Positions 8,143 through 19,549 are shown, counted from the stretch's first letter. The stretch: 64,000 bases of DNA from Candidatus Bathyarchaeia archaeon (GCA_038883775.1 JAVZLM010000003.1:32001-96000), one strand, 5' to 3'. Program-made: numbers and translations. Notes: generated by a model not told the origin, from the sequence alone.

Positions 8143-10827
8143 ATGAAAGGAAAAGTTAACTGCGAGTTAATGGCGACTATGCTGCTTTTAATGCTTTTGG
8201 CGGGAACATTCAGTGTAACAATGAAGTTTACACCTGTTTCAGCGGAGACAGAAGTTAAGTATTTGACGATTTCATATTTGCCTTCTGAAATGCCAGAACC
8301 AGCAACCGTTCCATCAGTTGGGCTTCATGAGCTGGCGAAGGGTTGGACCGGTCCTATTGAAGCGCCTGACATTGTTGAAACTTCGAATCCTGGTATCCGC
8401 TATAAGTTTGTGCAGTGGGCGATATGGTGGGAAGAAACGCAAGAGTGGCACAACTTTACAGACAACCCTCACACAGTAGTTCTAGATCAAAACAAGACAG
8501 CATACGCGTGCTACAAAGTTCAATATAAATTGAGTGTAAGTACGCCGTACTCCACACCTTATTCGCAAGTTGAAGGTGAAGTTTGGGTTGCTCATCCACC
8601 GGACCGATGGCTCGATGCCGACACTAAGGTGAGGGCTGGTGTGCCAGTCTCCGAAGTTACGATAAGACCCAACATGAAGGCTGTGTTTGAGAAGTGGGTT
8701 ATTAATGGGGTTGATGATGGAACAGATCGCATTAGCGATTGGTTCTTCATGGACGGGCCTAAAGTGGCCGTGGCTGTTTGGAAGATACGATATTATTTAT
8801 ACGTTAAGGCTGCTCCTCCCGAACCAAGACCAGACCTTGGCGGCTGCCTTACGCCTCCCGAGGGCGAGGGTTGGTACGATGAATGTGAGGAAGTGGAATT
8901 AGAAGCGGACGAGTTTCAGGCAGTTCACGACGATTGGCGATTAAGGTTTGACTACTGGGATGTCGATGGAGAACCCGTAGAAGGCAACCCCATATTCGTA
9001 CATATGGATACGAATCACACGGCTACGGCGCATTACTGGCTACAATACAAGCTATGGGTTAAAACCGACCCAGCAGACATAGTGGAGATTCCGGGAACTG
9101 GCTTCTACGATACATGTACAGATGTACTTTTAGAAGCGCCAGAATTTGTCTACATCAGCGATGTCGCCAGATATCGTTTCGACAAATGGGTTGTAACAAA
9201 CGTCGGCACATTTACGGAAAGGGAAATAGAATTCCATGTGCCTCACTACTTGCCAACTCTTCCTTTCGTTGCTACAGCATACTATAAATTACAATATTAC
9301 TTGGAAGTGAAGGATAACATTGATGGCTTAAGCTGTGTTTCCACACAGAGCGGATGGTTCGACAAGACAACCACTGTGCCTTTGTCAGCGCCATCAACTG
9401 TTCCGGTAGATGAAGGCGCCCAATATGTCTTTGTAAAATGGGTTAAAGATCCAGGCGGCTATGTGGACACAAACCCAGACACAACAATAAAAATGACAAG
9501 TCCACGCGTTGCAACAGCCTATTATAAGCTGCAGTGGCTTGTAACTTGGAGGAGCGATCCAGAAGGCATTATTGCAGGAGAAAAATGGTTTGACAACTGC
9601 ACTGTTGACTATCCATGGGCGCCGCCATTCTGGGATGATCCAACAAGCCCAATAGATTGGGTCTTCGACCACTGGATAGTTAATGGTGTTCCACGACCGA
9701 GAGGCCAAAACCCGATTCAAGTGCATTATGGTGAACCAACAGATCTAGTGGCTGTTTACCGTCAGATGAACGCCTTTGTCATAATTCCAGAATCCACTTT
9801 TGTAACAGTAGATCCATACGTTGACCCATGCACAAGAACTTTCAAAGTAAATGTCACAGCCTTGAACTTTGAGGACCTATACGGCATTGACATGAAAATA
9901 ACATGGGACGCCAACCTCATAGAACTTGTCGACGTCGAAGTGGAACTTCGCGAGATATGGCCTGTGAACTTCTGGTGGGACGACTACGGCGACGGATGGT
10001 ATCAGCTTGTTGGAACATCCCTAGATGAAGGATTCTATGGCTCACACAAGATAGTGACGCTCACGTTCCACATCAAATACGAGCCATGCTACCCAGACGT
10101 TTGCAGCACATCCATTGCCTTTGAACATGTCATTCTCAGCAACAGCAAAGCCGAAGAAATAATACCAGAACTGCTACTTGGCGCTAATTATCAAATATCC
10201 TCCGTTAAGCCAAAGCTTGAACTGAGACCAAGCGAAGTTGTGGCTAACAAATTCCCATTCAGCTTCACAGTTGAACTATGGGCAGTAGACGTAATCAAAC
10301 TAAACAGCTACTTTGTCGAAATCAGCTTTGATCCAAGCGTATTTGAAGTCGTGAAAGTAGTAATACATGACGATTTCCTCCAAGGACCAACATTCAGAAG
10401 CCACAGCTATAGTATCTATCCCACTAGTATAGTAATCTGGGTGGAGCAAGCCGACGGCATGCCTCTGGCACGCGGCGAAGGACTATTAGCCTCGATTACC
10501 TTCAAACTGAAATATGGAATAATATGGAACATTAACGAACCAGAAATCCTCAGCTATATAGACTTCATCTACGCTGACATAGACGTGCTCTGTCCAAACT
10601 ATCGCATATTGTATGCCCCAGATTATCTAGATGTGAAAGGAGTCACATTTAGATACTTGCCGAAACCAGGCGACGTTAACATGGACGGCGTCGTAGGCCT
10701 AGAAGACCTCCGCATAATAGCAGCGCACTACGGCGAGGGCTCATACAACCCATACGACCTGAACTTAAACGGCAAAGTAGACCTCTTCGACCTAGTACTA
10801 GTCGCCATAAACTACGAAGAAGAGTAG
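8143..10827 (+). CDS. Secreted adaptor scaffoldin-like protein: InlB-B-like repeats, 2 cohesin-like domains, C-terminal dockerin-like domain
   Basis: Signal peptide; repeated GW[YF]...RYxFxxW units; FKVNVTALNFEDLYGIDMKITWD cohesin pattern; GDVNMDGVVGLED...DLNLNGKVDLFD tail. Confidence 0.75.
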   Translation: MKGKVNCELMATMLLLMLLAGTFSVTMKFTPVSAETEVKYLTISYLPSEMPEPATVPSVGLHELAKGWTGPIEAPDIVETSNPGIRYKFVQWAIWWEETQEWHNFTDNPHTVVLDQNKTAYACYKVQYKLSVSTPYSTPYSQVEGEVWVAHPPDRWLDADTKVRAGVPVSEVTIRPNMKAVFEKWVINGVDDGTDRISDWFFMDGPKVAVAVWKIRYYLYVKAAPPEPRPDLGGCLTPPEGEGWYDECEEVELEADEFQAVHDDWRLRFDYWDVDGEPVEGNPIFVHMDTNHTATAHYWLQYKLWVKTDPADIVEIPGTGFYDTCTDVLLEAPEFVYISDVARYRFDKWVVTNVGTFTEREIEFHVPHYLPTLPFVATAYYKLQYYLEVKDNIDGLSCVSTQSGWFDKTTTVPLSAPSTVPVDEGAQYVFVKWVKDPGGYVDTNPDTTIKMTSPRVATAYYKLQWLVTWRSDPEGIIAGEKWFDNCTVDYPWAPPFWDDPTSPIDWVFDHWIVNGVPRPRGQNPIQVHYGEPTDLVAVYRQMNAFVIIPESTFVTVDPYVDPCTRTFKVNVTALNFEDLYGIDMKITWDANLIELVDVEVELREIWPVNFWWDDYGDGWYQLVGTSLDEGFYGSHKIVTLTFHIKYEPCYPDVCSTSIAFEHVILSNSKAEEIIPELLLGANYQISSVKPKLELRPSEVVANKFPFSFTVELWAVDVIKLNSYFVEISFDPSVFEVVKVVIHDDFLQGPTFRSHSYSIYPTSIVIWVEQADGMPLARGEGLLASITFKLKYGIIWNINEPEILSYIDFIYADIDVLCPNYRILYAPDYLDVKGVTFRYLPKPGDVNMDGVVGLEDLRIIAAHYGEGSYNPYDLNLNGKVDLFDLVLVAINYEEE

Positions 10828-10850
10828 CCAAACACCCACTTCCAAAGCAT

Positions 10851-10865
10851 CCCCCTTTCTTTATT
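10851..10865 (+). terminator. C-tract/T-tract terminator-like site
   Basis: CCCCCTTTCTTTATT after the stop; the same pattern follows other surface genes. Confidence 0.55.
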
Positions 10866-10906
10866 TGAATCAAATATTAAAAATTTCGAAATAAGGTTGA
10901 AATACA

Positions 10907-11923
10907 ATGTATAAAGAAATCTCCATAATGTCACTCTTAATGCTCATATTCCTCCTAACTCCAATCCCACTATCATTCTCCCAAACAACAAACGTCTACG
11001 TAGACCCCCCACTAACCATAACCCAAATAGACGAAACATTCTCAATAAACATAAGCATAGCCCAAGTAACAAACCTTGCCGCCTGGGAAATAAAACTATA
11101 CTACCTAAACACTATGCTGAACGGAACAAAAGCCACAGAAGGTCCCTTCCTAAAAACCGCAGGCTTAACATTCTTCTGGGTCCTAAGCTTCACAGACAAC
11201 TACAACGCAACCCACGGTAAAGTTCACATAGCATGCACCCTAACCGGCACAGGACCAGGCGCAACAGGAAGCGGAACCCTTGCAACAGTGACATTCAAAG
11301 CCAAAAACGCGGGAAATACACCTCTAACACTTAAAGACACGAAACTCCTAGACAACCAAGATCCCCCACAACAAATCATCCACACAGCAATCAACGGCGA
11401 CGTCCAAGTGAGAGGCATAAGAGACATAGCAGTATTAAACGTTAACCCCTTCAAAACTATCGTTGGACAAGGGTACACGATACAAATAAACGTCACAGTC
11501 GTCAACAATGGCGACCAAGCGGAAACTTTTAACGTTACGCTTTACGCCAACACAACAGGAATAGAAACACGCCAAATCACACTAATAAACGGCGTATCAA
11601 CAACCCTAACTTTCACATGGAACACGATAGGCTACCAAAAAGGCAGCTACACAATTTGGGCTTACGCATGGCCGGTCCAAGGTGAAACAGAAATAGACGA
11701 CAATATTTTCATTTCGCCCACTATTGTTCATGTTGTTCTGCCAGGAGACGGTGACTGTGACGGAGACGTCGACATTTACGATGTTGTCATGATAACAAGC
11801 ATATACAACTTAAAGAGTGGAGACCCATATTACAATCCAAACTTGGACTGGGATAATAACGGCGTAATCAACATTTACGACGTAGTCATAGCCACCAGCG
11901 TCTATGGACAGAAAGATCCATAA
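10907..11923 (+). CDS. Secreted cohesin + CARDB + dockerin protein
   Basis: VYVDPP...FSINISIAQVTNLAAWEIKLYY...GSGTLATVTFK; DIAVLNV..V.V.N.G..ETFNVT; GDGDCDGDVDIYD...DWDNNGVINIYD. Confidence 0.8.
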   Translation: MYKEISIMSLLMLIFLLTPIPLSFSQTTNVYVDPPLTITQIDETFSINISIAQVTNLAAWEIKLYYLNTMLNGTKATEGPFLKTAGLTFFWVLSFTDNYNATHGKVHIACTLTGTGPGATGSGTLATVTFKAKNAGNTPLTLKDTKLLDNQDPPQQIIHTAINGDVQVRGIRDIAVLNVNPFKTIVGQGYTIQINVTVVNNGDQAETFNVTLYANTTGIETRQITLINGVSTTLTFTWNTIGYQKGSYTIWAYAWPVQGETEIDDNIFISPTIVHVVLPGDGDCDGDVDIYDVVMITSIYNLKSGDPYYNPNLDWDNNGVINIYDVVIATSVYGQKDP

Positions 11924-11930
11924 GTCGCTA

Positions 11931-13265
11931 TTATTTTCCAGCCACAGTTAACTCTGAAAGCTTAACAGTTGGCGAGTAGTTTTGCACACTATTTATAAGG
12001 TCCTTTCCTACTATTTCTATTCCGCCTTTAAGCACTTCGTAAAAGTTTCCTGAAACAACAACTCCCTTGATTGGCTCTGTCAATTCGCCATTTTTTACTA
12101 GGAATCCATGGGTAACCGTAGCATTTAAGTTTCCACTCACAGGGTTAGAAAGCCATTCTCCAATAGTTTCCTCAATGTAAATTCCATGCTTTGTCTCCTG
12201 AATTATTTCCTCTAAACTTGCACTTCCAGGTTCTAGGATTAAGTTGTTCGGCATAGGCTGCGGAATAATCCAATAATATGGTCTGTTAGCGTTTCCAGTT
12301 GACTTCACATCATCCTTCAAAGCCGTGTAAGTGTCGTAAATATAGTTTTTGAGAATGCCTCTCTCAATTATCGGTGTTTTCTGTGTTGGATGTCCCTCAT
12401 CATCAAAGGGTTTTGTCCGCCAACCTCCACGCAATAATCCACTGTCAACTATTGTTATGTTTTCTGAGGCTAACTCCATACCAAGTTTTCCAGACAAGGG
12501 AGATCTGCCCTTCTGAACCCAGTCCGCATTTATCGGCCCGCTTAAAATAACTCCTAAAATGCTGGCAAATATTTGGTTCTTAAAAATTATTGACATTTTT
12601 CCACTTTGAATAGGCTTTGCCTTCAGGAATTTTATCGCTCTTTCTGCAGCCCTTAAAGCTAAATCTTCGAAATTAATTTCCTTCCAGAATCTTGCCTCTC
12701 TATGCTCCGTTCCAGTACTTTTCGTTCCAGAATCCTCAGCTTTAGCTCTCATCCAAACCGCCAAATGAGTTTCATCCCTGCTACAAGTTTGACCAGAGCT
12801 GTTACTCAAAGAGGTGAATGAATTTTCAAGATTTAGAATCCCCCGCGTTGGCTTAACCCTTTTGTCAAAATCTTTCATTATATTAATCGAAGAAAGCAAA
12901 GTGTCAACAATTTCGCTGTAATCCAATGTCTCCAGCGTCTCATCATGATAGCCTTCTGCTGGTGCTTTTCCGAAGTTTGTGTTCATATGCCTCCAATTCG
13001 GATCCTCTGGTGTTACCTTCGCTATTTTAAAAGCTTTAGTCACAGCTTCGCTTGTTTCGTTTTCATCTAGTACGGAGGAAGAGTAGGTGGCGATTTTTTT
13101 GTTTAATGCCACCCTTACACTAAGCCCAGTGGACTCTGTCACCTTGAAACTTTCGATTTTTTCTGCGAACTCAACTCTAATTTGTTTACTTTTTTGCACA
13201 TATGCCTCTGCTTCTGTCGCTCCAGCGCTTAAAGCTTTCTTTACAGCAAATTCGCAAAGTTCCAT
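11931..13265 (-). CDS. pmbA: TldE/PmbA family protein
   Basis: AEAYV N-terminus, PFDDEG, STGNA, no HExxxH; directly downstream of tldD; start at ATG 13265. Confidence 0.9.
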   Translation of the reverse strand: MELCEFAVKKALSAGATEAEAYVQKSKQIRVEFAEKIESFKVTESTGLSVRVALNKKIATYSSSVLDENETSEAVTKAFKIAKVTPEDPNWRHMNTNFGKAPAEGYHDETLETLDYSEIVDTLLSSINIMKDFDKRVKPTRGILNLENSFTSLSNSSGQTCSRDETHLAVWMRAKAEDSGTKSTGTEHREARFWKEINFEDLALRAAERAIKFLKAKPIQSGKMSIIFKNQIFASILGVILSGPINADWVQKGRSPLSGKLGMELASENITIVDSGLLRGGWRTKPFDDEGHPTQKTPIIERGILKNYIYDTYTALKDDVKSTGNANRPYYWIIPQPMPNNLILEPGSASLEEIIQETKHGIYIEETIGEWLSNPVSGNLNATVTHGFLVKNGELTEPIKGVVVSGNFYEVLKGGIEIVGKDLINSVQNYSPTVKLSELTVAGK

Positions 13266-13266
13266 A

Positions 13267-14655
13267 TCATCTCCCTCCAACAATCATTTCGCGAACTCTT
13301 ATATGAGGACCACCATCACCCACTCTTACCATTTGGCCATCCTTTCCGCATCCACCAAAAGCGCTCGTTCTTATAGTTAAATCGCGTCCCACAGCATCTA
13401 CGGTTTTCAATGTTTCAAGAATTAAACCACTTATAATCACGCTTCTCACGGTTTCGGCTAATTCGCCATTCTTTATGATCTTAGAGGGTCCAACTCCAAA
13501 AGTGAAGGCTCCCATGCCCACTTCAACTTGTCCTCCCGTGGATCCCTTGCCCTTTACGTATATCCCAAAATCTATATCTTCAATCAACTCTTCAAAAGTA
13601 TAGTCCATAGGCTGCATGTAATAGTTTGTCTGTCTAACTATGGGTATATTCTCGAAGTCTTCAGCTCTTCCATTTCCAGTTGGTTCAGCGCCAAATTGTG
13701 AAGCTGAGTTTCTATCATGCAAATAGTTTTTTAAAACTCCCTTTTCAACAATGACCGTTTTACCTTTTTTAACTCCTTCATCGTCAAATGGATAAAAGTA
13801 TCCTCCTCTAACAACACCTTCGTCAATAATAGTGACATAGTCACTAGCCACCTTTGTTCCGATTTTGTCGCGAAGCACCGATTCACCAGTTGCTACTAAG
13901 TCGCCCTCTGATGCATGCCCAAATGCCTCATGGAGAAGTAAGCCAACGACTTCGGGATCTACAACTACGGGATATGTTCCAGGTGGTGGAGGCTTTGAAC
14001 ATGCGGCTTCAATTGCAAGTTTAGATATATCGGTTGTGAAAGAATTCCAGTCTTTAGATGCTATAAATTCAAAACCAGCACACTCAGACTCTTGATAAGG
14101 AACCCTTTCCATGGCTCCATTCACTTTTGCAACGCTTTCATGCGAAAGACCCGAAATTGTTGTTTCAACCTTGACTCTGCTTTCTTCTGATGACATAAAC
14201 AGTCTATAATCTTTTAATAAACAGAGACTTGTGACAGCGTTTTTAATCTTATCTACAGCTAATGAGGCTTTATTTGCGTCCACCGCTACCGAAACTTTTT
14301 CCTCTGGAGAAATATCCAACGGATTAATTTTTTCAGACGATTTAACCTCCGCCTTATTGACTGTTACTAATCCAAGAGATTTAATTGTATTTTTTGCGGA
14401 GCGAGCTGCTTTAATCGCCTTTTCTAAAGTTTGATTAAGGTTTTCAGAGCTTAAATCGCTTGTTGATGCATAACCTACGCCTCCTTCAATGGCAACTCTG
14501 ACCCCCACGCCTTTTAAACGTCTTGAGGAATAGCTTTTTAATACTCTATTTTCAACGGTGATGATTTCATACTCATAGCATTGGTAACGGGCATCAGCGT
14601 AAGAAGCCCCCAACTTAATTGCTTTTTTAAGCAGATTTTCGATTTCAGATTCCAT
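13267..14655 (-). CDS. tldD: TldD family metalloprotease
   Basis: HEAFGHASEGD, PFDDEG, PIVRQTN, CGKDGQ...GGPH. Confidence 0.92.
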   Translation of the reverse strand: MESEIENLLKKAIKLGASYADARYQCYEYEIITVENRVLKSYSSRRLKGVGVRVAIEGGVGYASTSDLSSENLNQTLEKAIKAARSAKNTIKSLGLVTVNKAEVKSSEKINPLDISPEEKVSVAVDANKASLAVDKIKNAVTSLCLLKDYRLFMSSEESRVKVETTISGLSHESVAKVNGAMERVPYQESECAGFEFIASKDWNSFTTDISKLAIEAACSKPPPPGTYPVVVDPEVVGLLLHEAFGHASEGDLVATGESVLRDKIGTKVASDYVTIIDEGVVRGGYFYPFDDEGVKKGKTVIVEKGVLKNYLHDRNSASQFGAEPTGNGRAEDFENIPIVRQTNYYMQPMDYTFEELIEDIDFGIYVKGKGSTGGQVEVGMGAFTFGVGPSKIIKNGELAETVRSVIISGLILETLKTVDAVGRDLTIRTSAFGGCGKDGQMVRVGDGGPHIRVREMIVGGR

Positions 14656-14828
14656 AATTGTGTCACCAAACTAAATTGATATTCACATCAAATTGTCCAT
14701 GCATAAATACTTTTTTAAACACTTCTTATGTGTTAGATGACTCAACAATTTGCAATGTAAATTTTAAAATTTTGGAAGTAAGTTTTAAAAAGTGAATAAT
14801 GGTTAATTTCTGAGAAGAAGGTGAAAAA

Positions 14829-16628
14829 ATGGGAAAAAGAAAACTCTCACTTGAAACTTTGGCTCGAATACCGCAAGTTTTTCAATTTGACCTTTCACCG
14901 CAAGGAGATAAAGTGGCCTTCGCATGGAATAAAGAGGACAAAGTTGACATTTATGTAAAAAACCTAAAAACCGATGAAATTTATAAACTTACAGAAGGAC
15001 CAGAATCAGCCTTAGAACCCAAATGGTCACCAGATGGCAAGACGATAGCTTACGTTTCAGACAGAGCTGGAGACGAAAACTTCGATATTTTCACGATTCC
15101 AGCAGATGGCGGAAAACCCTCAAGACTTACGGACGATCCATACGATAACCATAGCCCTCAATGGACCTTGGATGGTAAGTGGATCCTGTTTATTTCTAAC
15201 CGCGGTGGAGACAACCTAAACTTGTTTAGAATATCTACAGGAACGGGTGAAATTGAGAATCTGACAAAAGGCGAAGATCCAGTATTTTCGTTCTCGTTAT
15301 CTCCTGAGGGTCATCGCATTGTCTTCCTTAAGGGCTTTATAAATCGAAGTCTTTGGCTTCTAGATTTAGAGACTAAAACATCAAAGAAAATTTTGAGCCA
15401 CCAAAATGCTGAAATCGGAACAGGTCCAGAGCCATGGGCGCCAAATAGTGAAAAAATAGTTTTTACATCGAACATAAATAACTTTTATGACATTGGAATC
15501 TATGAGTTTAAAAATGAAACTGAACAATGGTTCGAGAAGACACCTTATGAAAAAAGCTTTCCGATATGGTCACCAGATGGGTCTAAAATAGCTTTTACCG
15601 AAAATATGGAAGGAAACATACTGTTAAAAGTTAAACCCTTGAAGGGAGCTGGTGCAAAACTTTTGGGCTTCAGTGAAGGTGTGTGTGGCTTTATGGGCAA
15701 TCTATGCTGGAGCCCGAAAGGAGACAGAATATTCTTTCTTTATTCTGGACCAAAGAATCCTCCGGATGTCTGGGCGGTGGATTTGGATGGCAATCTTGAA
15801 CAAATAACATTTTCGCTAAAAAATGAAATTGACACGGAACAGCTTGTAAGTCCCAATTTTATAAGATACAAATCCTTAGATGGATTAGAAGTTCCAGCTT
15901 TAATCTATTTGCCTCAGAAAGCTACGGCGAAAAAACCTCCAGGATTGGTTCTGCCCCATGGTGGTCCTGAAGCCCAGTTTACAAACATTTGGAATCCATA
16001 TGTGCAGTTTATGGTTTCCAATGGATTTGTCGTTATAGCTCCAAACTTTAGGGGAAGCACAGGCTACGGGCGTCAATATCAAAGAATGAGCGACAAAGAT
16101 CTCGGAGGAGGAGATTTAATGGACACTGTGGCTGCCGCTAAATATCTTAAGGAATCCGGAATTGCTGATCCCAACAAAATTGGAATTTATGGTGCAAGCT
16201 ATGGAGGCTTCATGTCTATGATCGCGCTCACAAAATATCCTGATGTATGGGCGGCTGGAGTAACTATGGTTGGCTTTTTCAACTGGAAAACAGAATATGA
16301 AACTGAGAGAGAATATCTTAGATATTATGATAGCCACAAAGTGGGTACTCCGGAAAGTAATCCTGAATTTTACTATGAAAGATCTCCCATAAACTTTATT
16401 GACAAAATAAAAGCGCCCGTCCTCATACTTCATGGAGCCAAAGACCCTAGATGTCCAGTTACTGAAGCGTATCAAGTTATAGATCTCCTTAAAAAACATG
16501 GAAAAACATTTGAATACAAAATATATCCAGATGAAGGTCACATGTTTAGGAAACTCTCGAACCGCATTGATTCATATAAAAGAATGGTTAAATTCTTAAA
16601 GAAACACATGAAAATAAGCCAAGCTTAA
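14829..16628 (+). CDS. S9 family (acylaminoacyl/dipeptidyl) peptidase with TolB-like beta-propeller
   Basis: WSPDG repeats; HGGP, NFRGSTGYG, GASYGG, D and GH catalytic triad motifs. Confidence 0.93.
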   Translation: MGKRKLSLETLARIPQVFQFDLSPQGDKVAFAWNKEDKVDIYVKNLKTDEIYKLTEGPESALEPKWSPDGKTIAYVSDRAGDENFDIFTIPADGGKPSRLTDDPYDNHSPQWTLDGKWILFISNRGGDNLNLFRISTGTGEIENLTKGEDPVFSFSLSPEGHRIVFLKGFINRSLWLLDLETKTSKKILSHQNAEIGTGPEPWAPNSEKIVFTSNINNFYDIGIYEFKNETEQWFEKTPYEKSFPIWSPDGSKIAFTENMEGNILLKVKPLKGAGAKLLGFSEGVCGFMGNLCWSPKGDRIFFLYSGPKNPPDVWAVDLDGNLEQITFSLKNEIDTEQLVSPNFIRYKSLDGLEVPALIYLPQKATAKKPPGLVLPHGGPEAQFTNIWNPYVQFMVSNGFVVIAPNFRGSTGYGRQYQRMSDKDLGGGDLMDTVAAAKYLKESGIADPNKIGIYGASYGGFMSMIALTKYPDVWAAGVTMVGFFNWKTEYETEREYLRYYDSHKVGTPESNPEFYYERSPINFIDKIKAPVLILHGAKDPRCPVTEAYQVIDLLKKHGKTFEYKIYPDEGHMFRKLSNRIDSYKRMVKFLKKHMKISQA

Positions 16629-16768
16629 ATCGCTTCAACTTTCCCTTTCCTTTTCTAATCATATAACGCGATAAGTTCATGCTGTTTTTGAGGAGTTGAT
16701 GCAAATTTCAGCAAGAAATAAATATAGAGTCAGCAATATTCTGTGAGTTAATTTGATTTGGGATAATC

Positions 16769-18160
16769 ATGAGGGATCTTCTCAAGAAAGTTGTTGATAA
16801 TGCACTAAAGTTCGGTGCTGAATTCTGCGATGTAAGGGTTGTGATGAGAACAGCGACGCAAATGCGTATTGAAAATGGAATTGCAAAGGAACTGTTGGCC
16901 CCTCAAGATTTTGGCGCGTGCATCCGCGTTCTGTTAAATGGTTCTTGGGGCGTTGTTTCCATAAATTCCACAGCAAAAGACGAGCTATTCAAAGCATTAG
17001 AGGAAGCTATCTCTTCGTCAAAGGCTAAAAAGGGGCAGGAAAAGAGTCGCGTAGCTGAAATTAAGGCATGCGAAACTATTGTAAAAAGCAAATTTAAGAT
17101 TGATCCAGAAAGTGTAGGCTTAGAGGAAAAGATGGATAAACTGTTAGAACTGGAAAAAGCCGCCAGAGAATATGACAAGAAAGTGAAAAGCACATCGTTA
17201 GTTTACCAGGATGAAAACATTAACGAAGTTGTCTGCAACTCATTTAATACTTTTATTGATCAAACTTTGACTCGGGTTTTGGCTAGGATAAGTGTGACAG
17301 CAAAGGAGGGAACCAACCGCCAGTCTGCACACAAAGTGGTTGGAAAACTTGCAGGATTTGAGGTGATAAATGACATAGAACCTGAAGAATTCGGTGTTGT
17401 AGCAGCAGAAAGGGCAGTAAACCTGTTAAAAGCAAAAAGGGCGCCATCCGGAAAATTTGTTGTAGTCATGGATCCAGAAATCACGGGACTGTTTGCACAT
17501 GAGGCTGTGGGACATAACGCTGAAGGCGACCTTGTTGCCTTTCATGAAAGCCTCTTCGATGGTATGCAGAACCAAAAAATTGCAAGCAATAAAGTAACCA
17601 TGATAGATGATGCGACCATTGAGGGAGCTTACGGCAGCTATTACTTTGACTCGGAAGGAACGCCTGCTTCCCGGAGGATAATAATTGAAAGAGGTGTTTT
17701 GAAAGGATTTATGCATGGATTGGAATCTGCAGCAATTTTAAATGAGAAACCCAACGGTAGCTGCAGAGCGTATTTACATCAAAATGTTCCAATTGTTCGC
17801 ATGAGCAATACTTTCTTTGCGCCAGGTGATTACACATTAGAAGAGTTAATAGAAGATGTTAAGTTGGGAATTTTCGTTAGAGGAGCCCGTGGTGGGTATG
17901 TCTTCGTTGAAAGAGGCCAGTTTACTTGCAATGTTGAAGAAGCCCAGATGATTAGAAACGGTGAGCTGGCAGAACCGCTTAGTAATGTGAGTATAGGCGG
18001 GTTGACGCTTGAAATATTAAAGAATGTTGAGGCTTGTAGTAAGGACTTTGAGTTAGTAGACCCCGGATTTTGCGGGAAAAATGGACAGAGAATGTGGGTG
18101 GACGATGGTGGTCCTTACATCCGAGTTAAAGACATTGTTGTAGGGGGATACAAAGAATGA
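16769..18160 (+). CDS. tldD: TldD family metalloprotease (second copy)
   Basis: HEAVGHNAEGD, FDSEG, PIVRMSNT, CGKNGQ. Confidence 0.92.
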   Translation: MRDLLKKVVDNALKFGAEFCDVRVVMRTATQMRIENGIAKELLAPQDFGACIRVLLNGSWGVVSINSTAKDELFKALEEAISSSKAKKGQEKSRVAEIKACETIVKSKFKIDPESVGLEEKMDKLLELEKAAREYDKKVKSTSLVYQDENINEVVCNSFNTFIDQTLTRVLARISVTAKEGTNRQSAHKVVGKLAGFEVINDIEPEEFGVVAAERAVNLLKAKRAPSGKFVVVMDPEITGLFAHEAVGHNAEGDLVAFHESLFDGMQNQKIASNKVTMIDDATIEGAYGSYYFDSEGTPASRRIIIERGVLKGFMHGLESAAILNEKPNGSCRAYLHQNVPIVRMSNTFFAPGDYTLEELIEDVKLGIFVRGARGGYVFVERGQFTCNVEEAQMIRNGELAEPLSNVSIGGLTLEILKNVEACSKDFELVDPGFCGKNGQRMWVDDGGPYIRVKDIVVGGYKE

Positions 18161-19500
18161 TTTCAGCGGATGAATTGCTATCGCTAGTCCGTATAGGAGT
18201 TGACGTAGCTTTACAAGTGGGGACTGATCAAGTGGAGGCGTATGGAGATGTGTCCAAGCGTATTAACGTGTCCATTAGTGGCAAACACATTCACTCCATA
18301 CAAGTCACGCATGATTCTGGTGTTGGAATAAGATCTTATGTTCATGGAGGCTTTGGATTTTCTTACACGATGCAACTAAACAAAGATTCCATAAGAACCG
18401 CTGCGGAAAAAGCCACCAAATTGGCTAAAGTGGCTCAAAAAGATCCTTATTTTAAGTCTCTTCCAGAACCAAAAAAGACAAAACATGTAAAGGGGCTATA
18501 CGATCCAGAGTTAGCATCCATACAAGTGGAGGAAGCATCTAAAATAGTTGAAAATATGATTTGTTCAGCCCATGAAGTCTCAAATGCTGCCATTCTACGG
18601 GGAAGTTTAATGGTGGTTTCACGAAATTATGCAGTGGCAAATAGTTTAGGTGTAGATTTTGCAGAACCCACGACGAATATTTCCATTCACATCATGAGCA
18701 TTGTTAGAAAAACTTCAGATAACGTTGGCTCGGGTTTTGAGTTCGACTATGCTCGAAATTTAAGAGACATCCACCCCGAATGGGTTGCTCATCAAGCTAC
18801 AAGCAAAGCCGTCAATTTTCTAGGAGCATGTCAATCCAGAACACAAAAATGCGCACTCCTCTTGAGCCCGAACGCTACGTGGCGTCTTGCCTATGCAATG
18901 GCTTTGCCTCTTGACGGACAAAATGTGGCTTTGGAAAATAGCTGTTTAGCTGATAAAATTGGAGCTAGAATAGCATATGAAGGGCTTACCTTAATAGACA
19001 ACGGCGTCGTAGAAAAAGGAATGCTTTCTTCAAGCGTTGATGCTGAAGGGACTCCTAAAAAAAGTTTTGCAATAATAGAAAAGGGCGTACTGAAGGCATA
19101 CCTTCATAACTCCTACACTGCAAACAGGTTAAAAATGAAAAATAACGCTTGTGCAGCACGGGACTCATACAAATCTTCAGTTACGACAGCACCTTCCAAT
19201 ATTCAAATCAAGCTTGGAGATCAAAAACTAGATGACATGATAAGGGACATAAAAAATGGAATATACCTAGATTCTTTTCCAGCACCTGATCCAGTAACAG
19301 GCAACGTAAGCTCTATGATTGATTTTGGCGTTCAGATTCGTAATGGTGAGATGGCTGAACCCGTTAAGGGAACAATGATTGGCGCTAATCTTTTAGATTT
19401 ACTAAGAAACATCAGCTCAATTTCAAAGGAGACAAGAAACACAGCAGGAGTGATGCTTCCTTACCTAAAAATTGAAAACGTTCAGATAGCAGGCAAATAA
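18157..19500 (+). CDS. pmbA: TldE/PmbA family protein (second copy)
   Basis: Translationally coupled to tldD (ATGA overlap); VDAEG, GVLKAYLHNSYTA; no HExxxH. Confidence 0.88.
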   Translation: MISADELLSLVRIGVDVALQVGTDQVEAYGDVSKRINVSISGKHIHSIQVTHDSGVGIRSYVHGGFGFSYTMQLNKDSIRTAAEKATKLAKVAQKDPYFKSLPEPKKTKHVKGLYDPELASIQVEEASKIVENMICSAHEVSNAAILRGSLMVVSRNYAVANSLGVDFAEPTTNISIHIMSIVRKTSDNVGSGFEFDYARNLRDIHPEWVAHQATSKAVNFLGACQSRTQKCALLLSPNATWRLAYAMALPLDGQNVALENSCLADKIGARIAYEGLTLIDNGVVEKGMLSSSVDAEGTPKKSFAIIEKGVLKAYLHNSYTANRLKMKNNACAARDSYKSSVTTAPSNIQIKLGDQKLDDMIRDIKNGIYLDSFPAPDPVTGNVSSMIDFGVQIRNGEMAEPVKGTMIGANLLDLLRNISSISKETRNTAGVMLPYLKIENVQIAGK

Positions 19501-19549
19501 TCTTTTCAACGTTTTTTGAAAAAGTTGACTGCTTGCAAAGTGGCTCGGA

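Noticed and set aside
11931-19500. RiPP (microcin-like) biosynthetic cluster suggested by TldD/E
   Set aside because: No precursor peptide, YcaO, radical SAM or other modifying enzyme is visible
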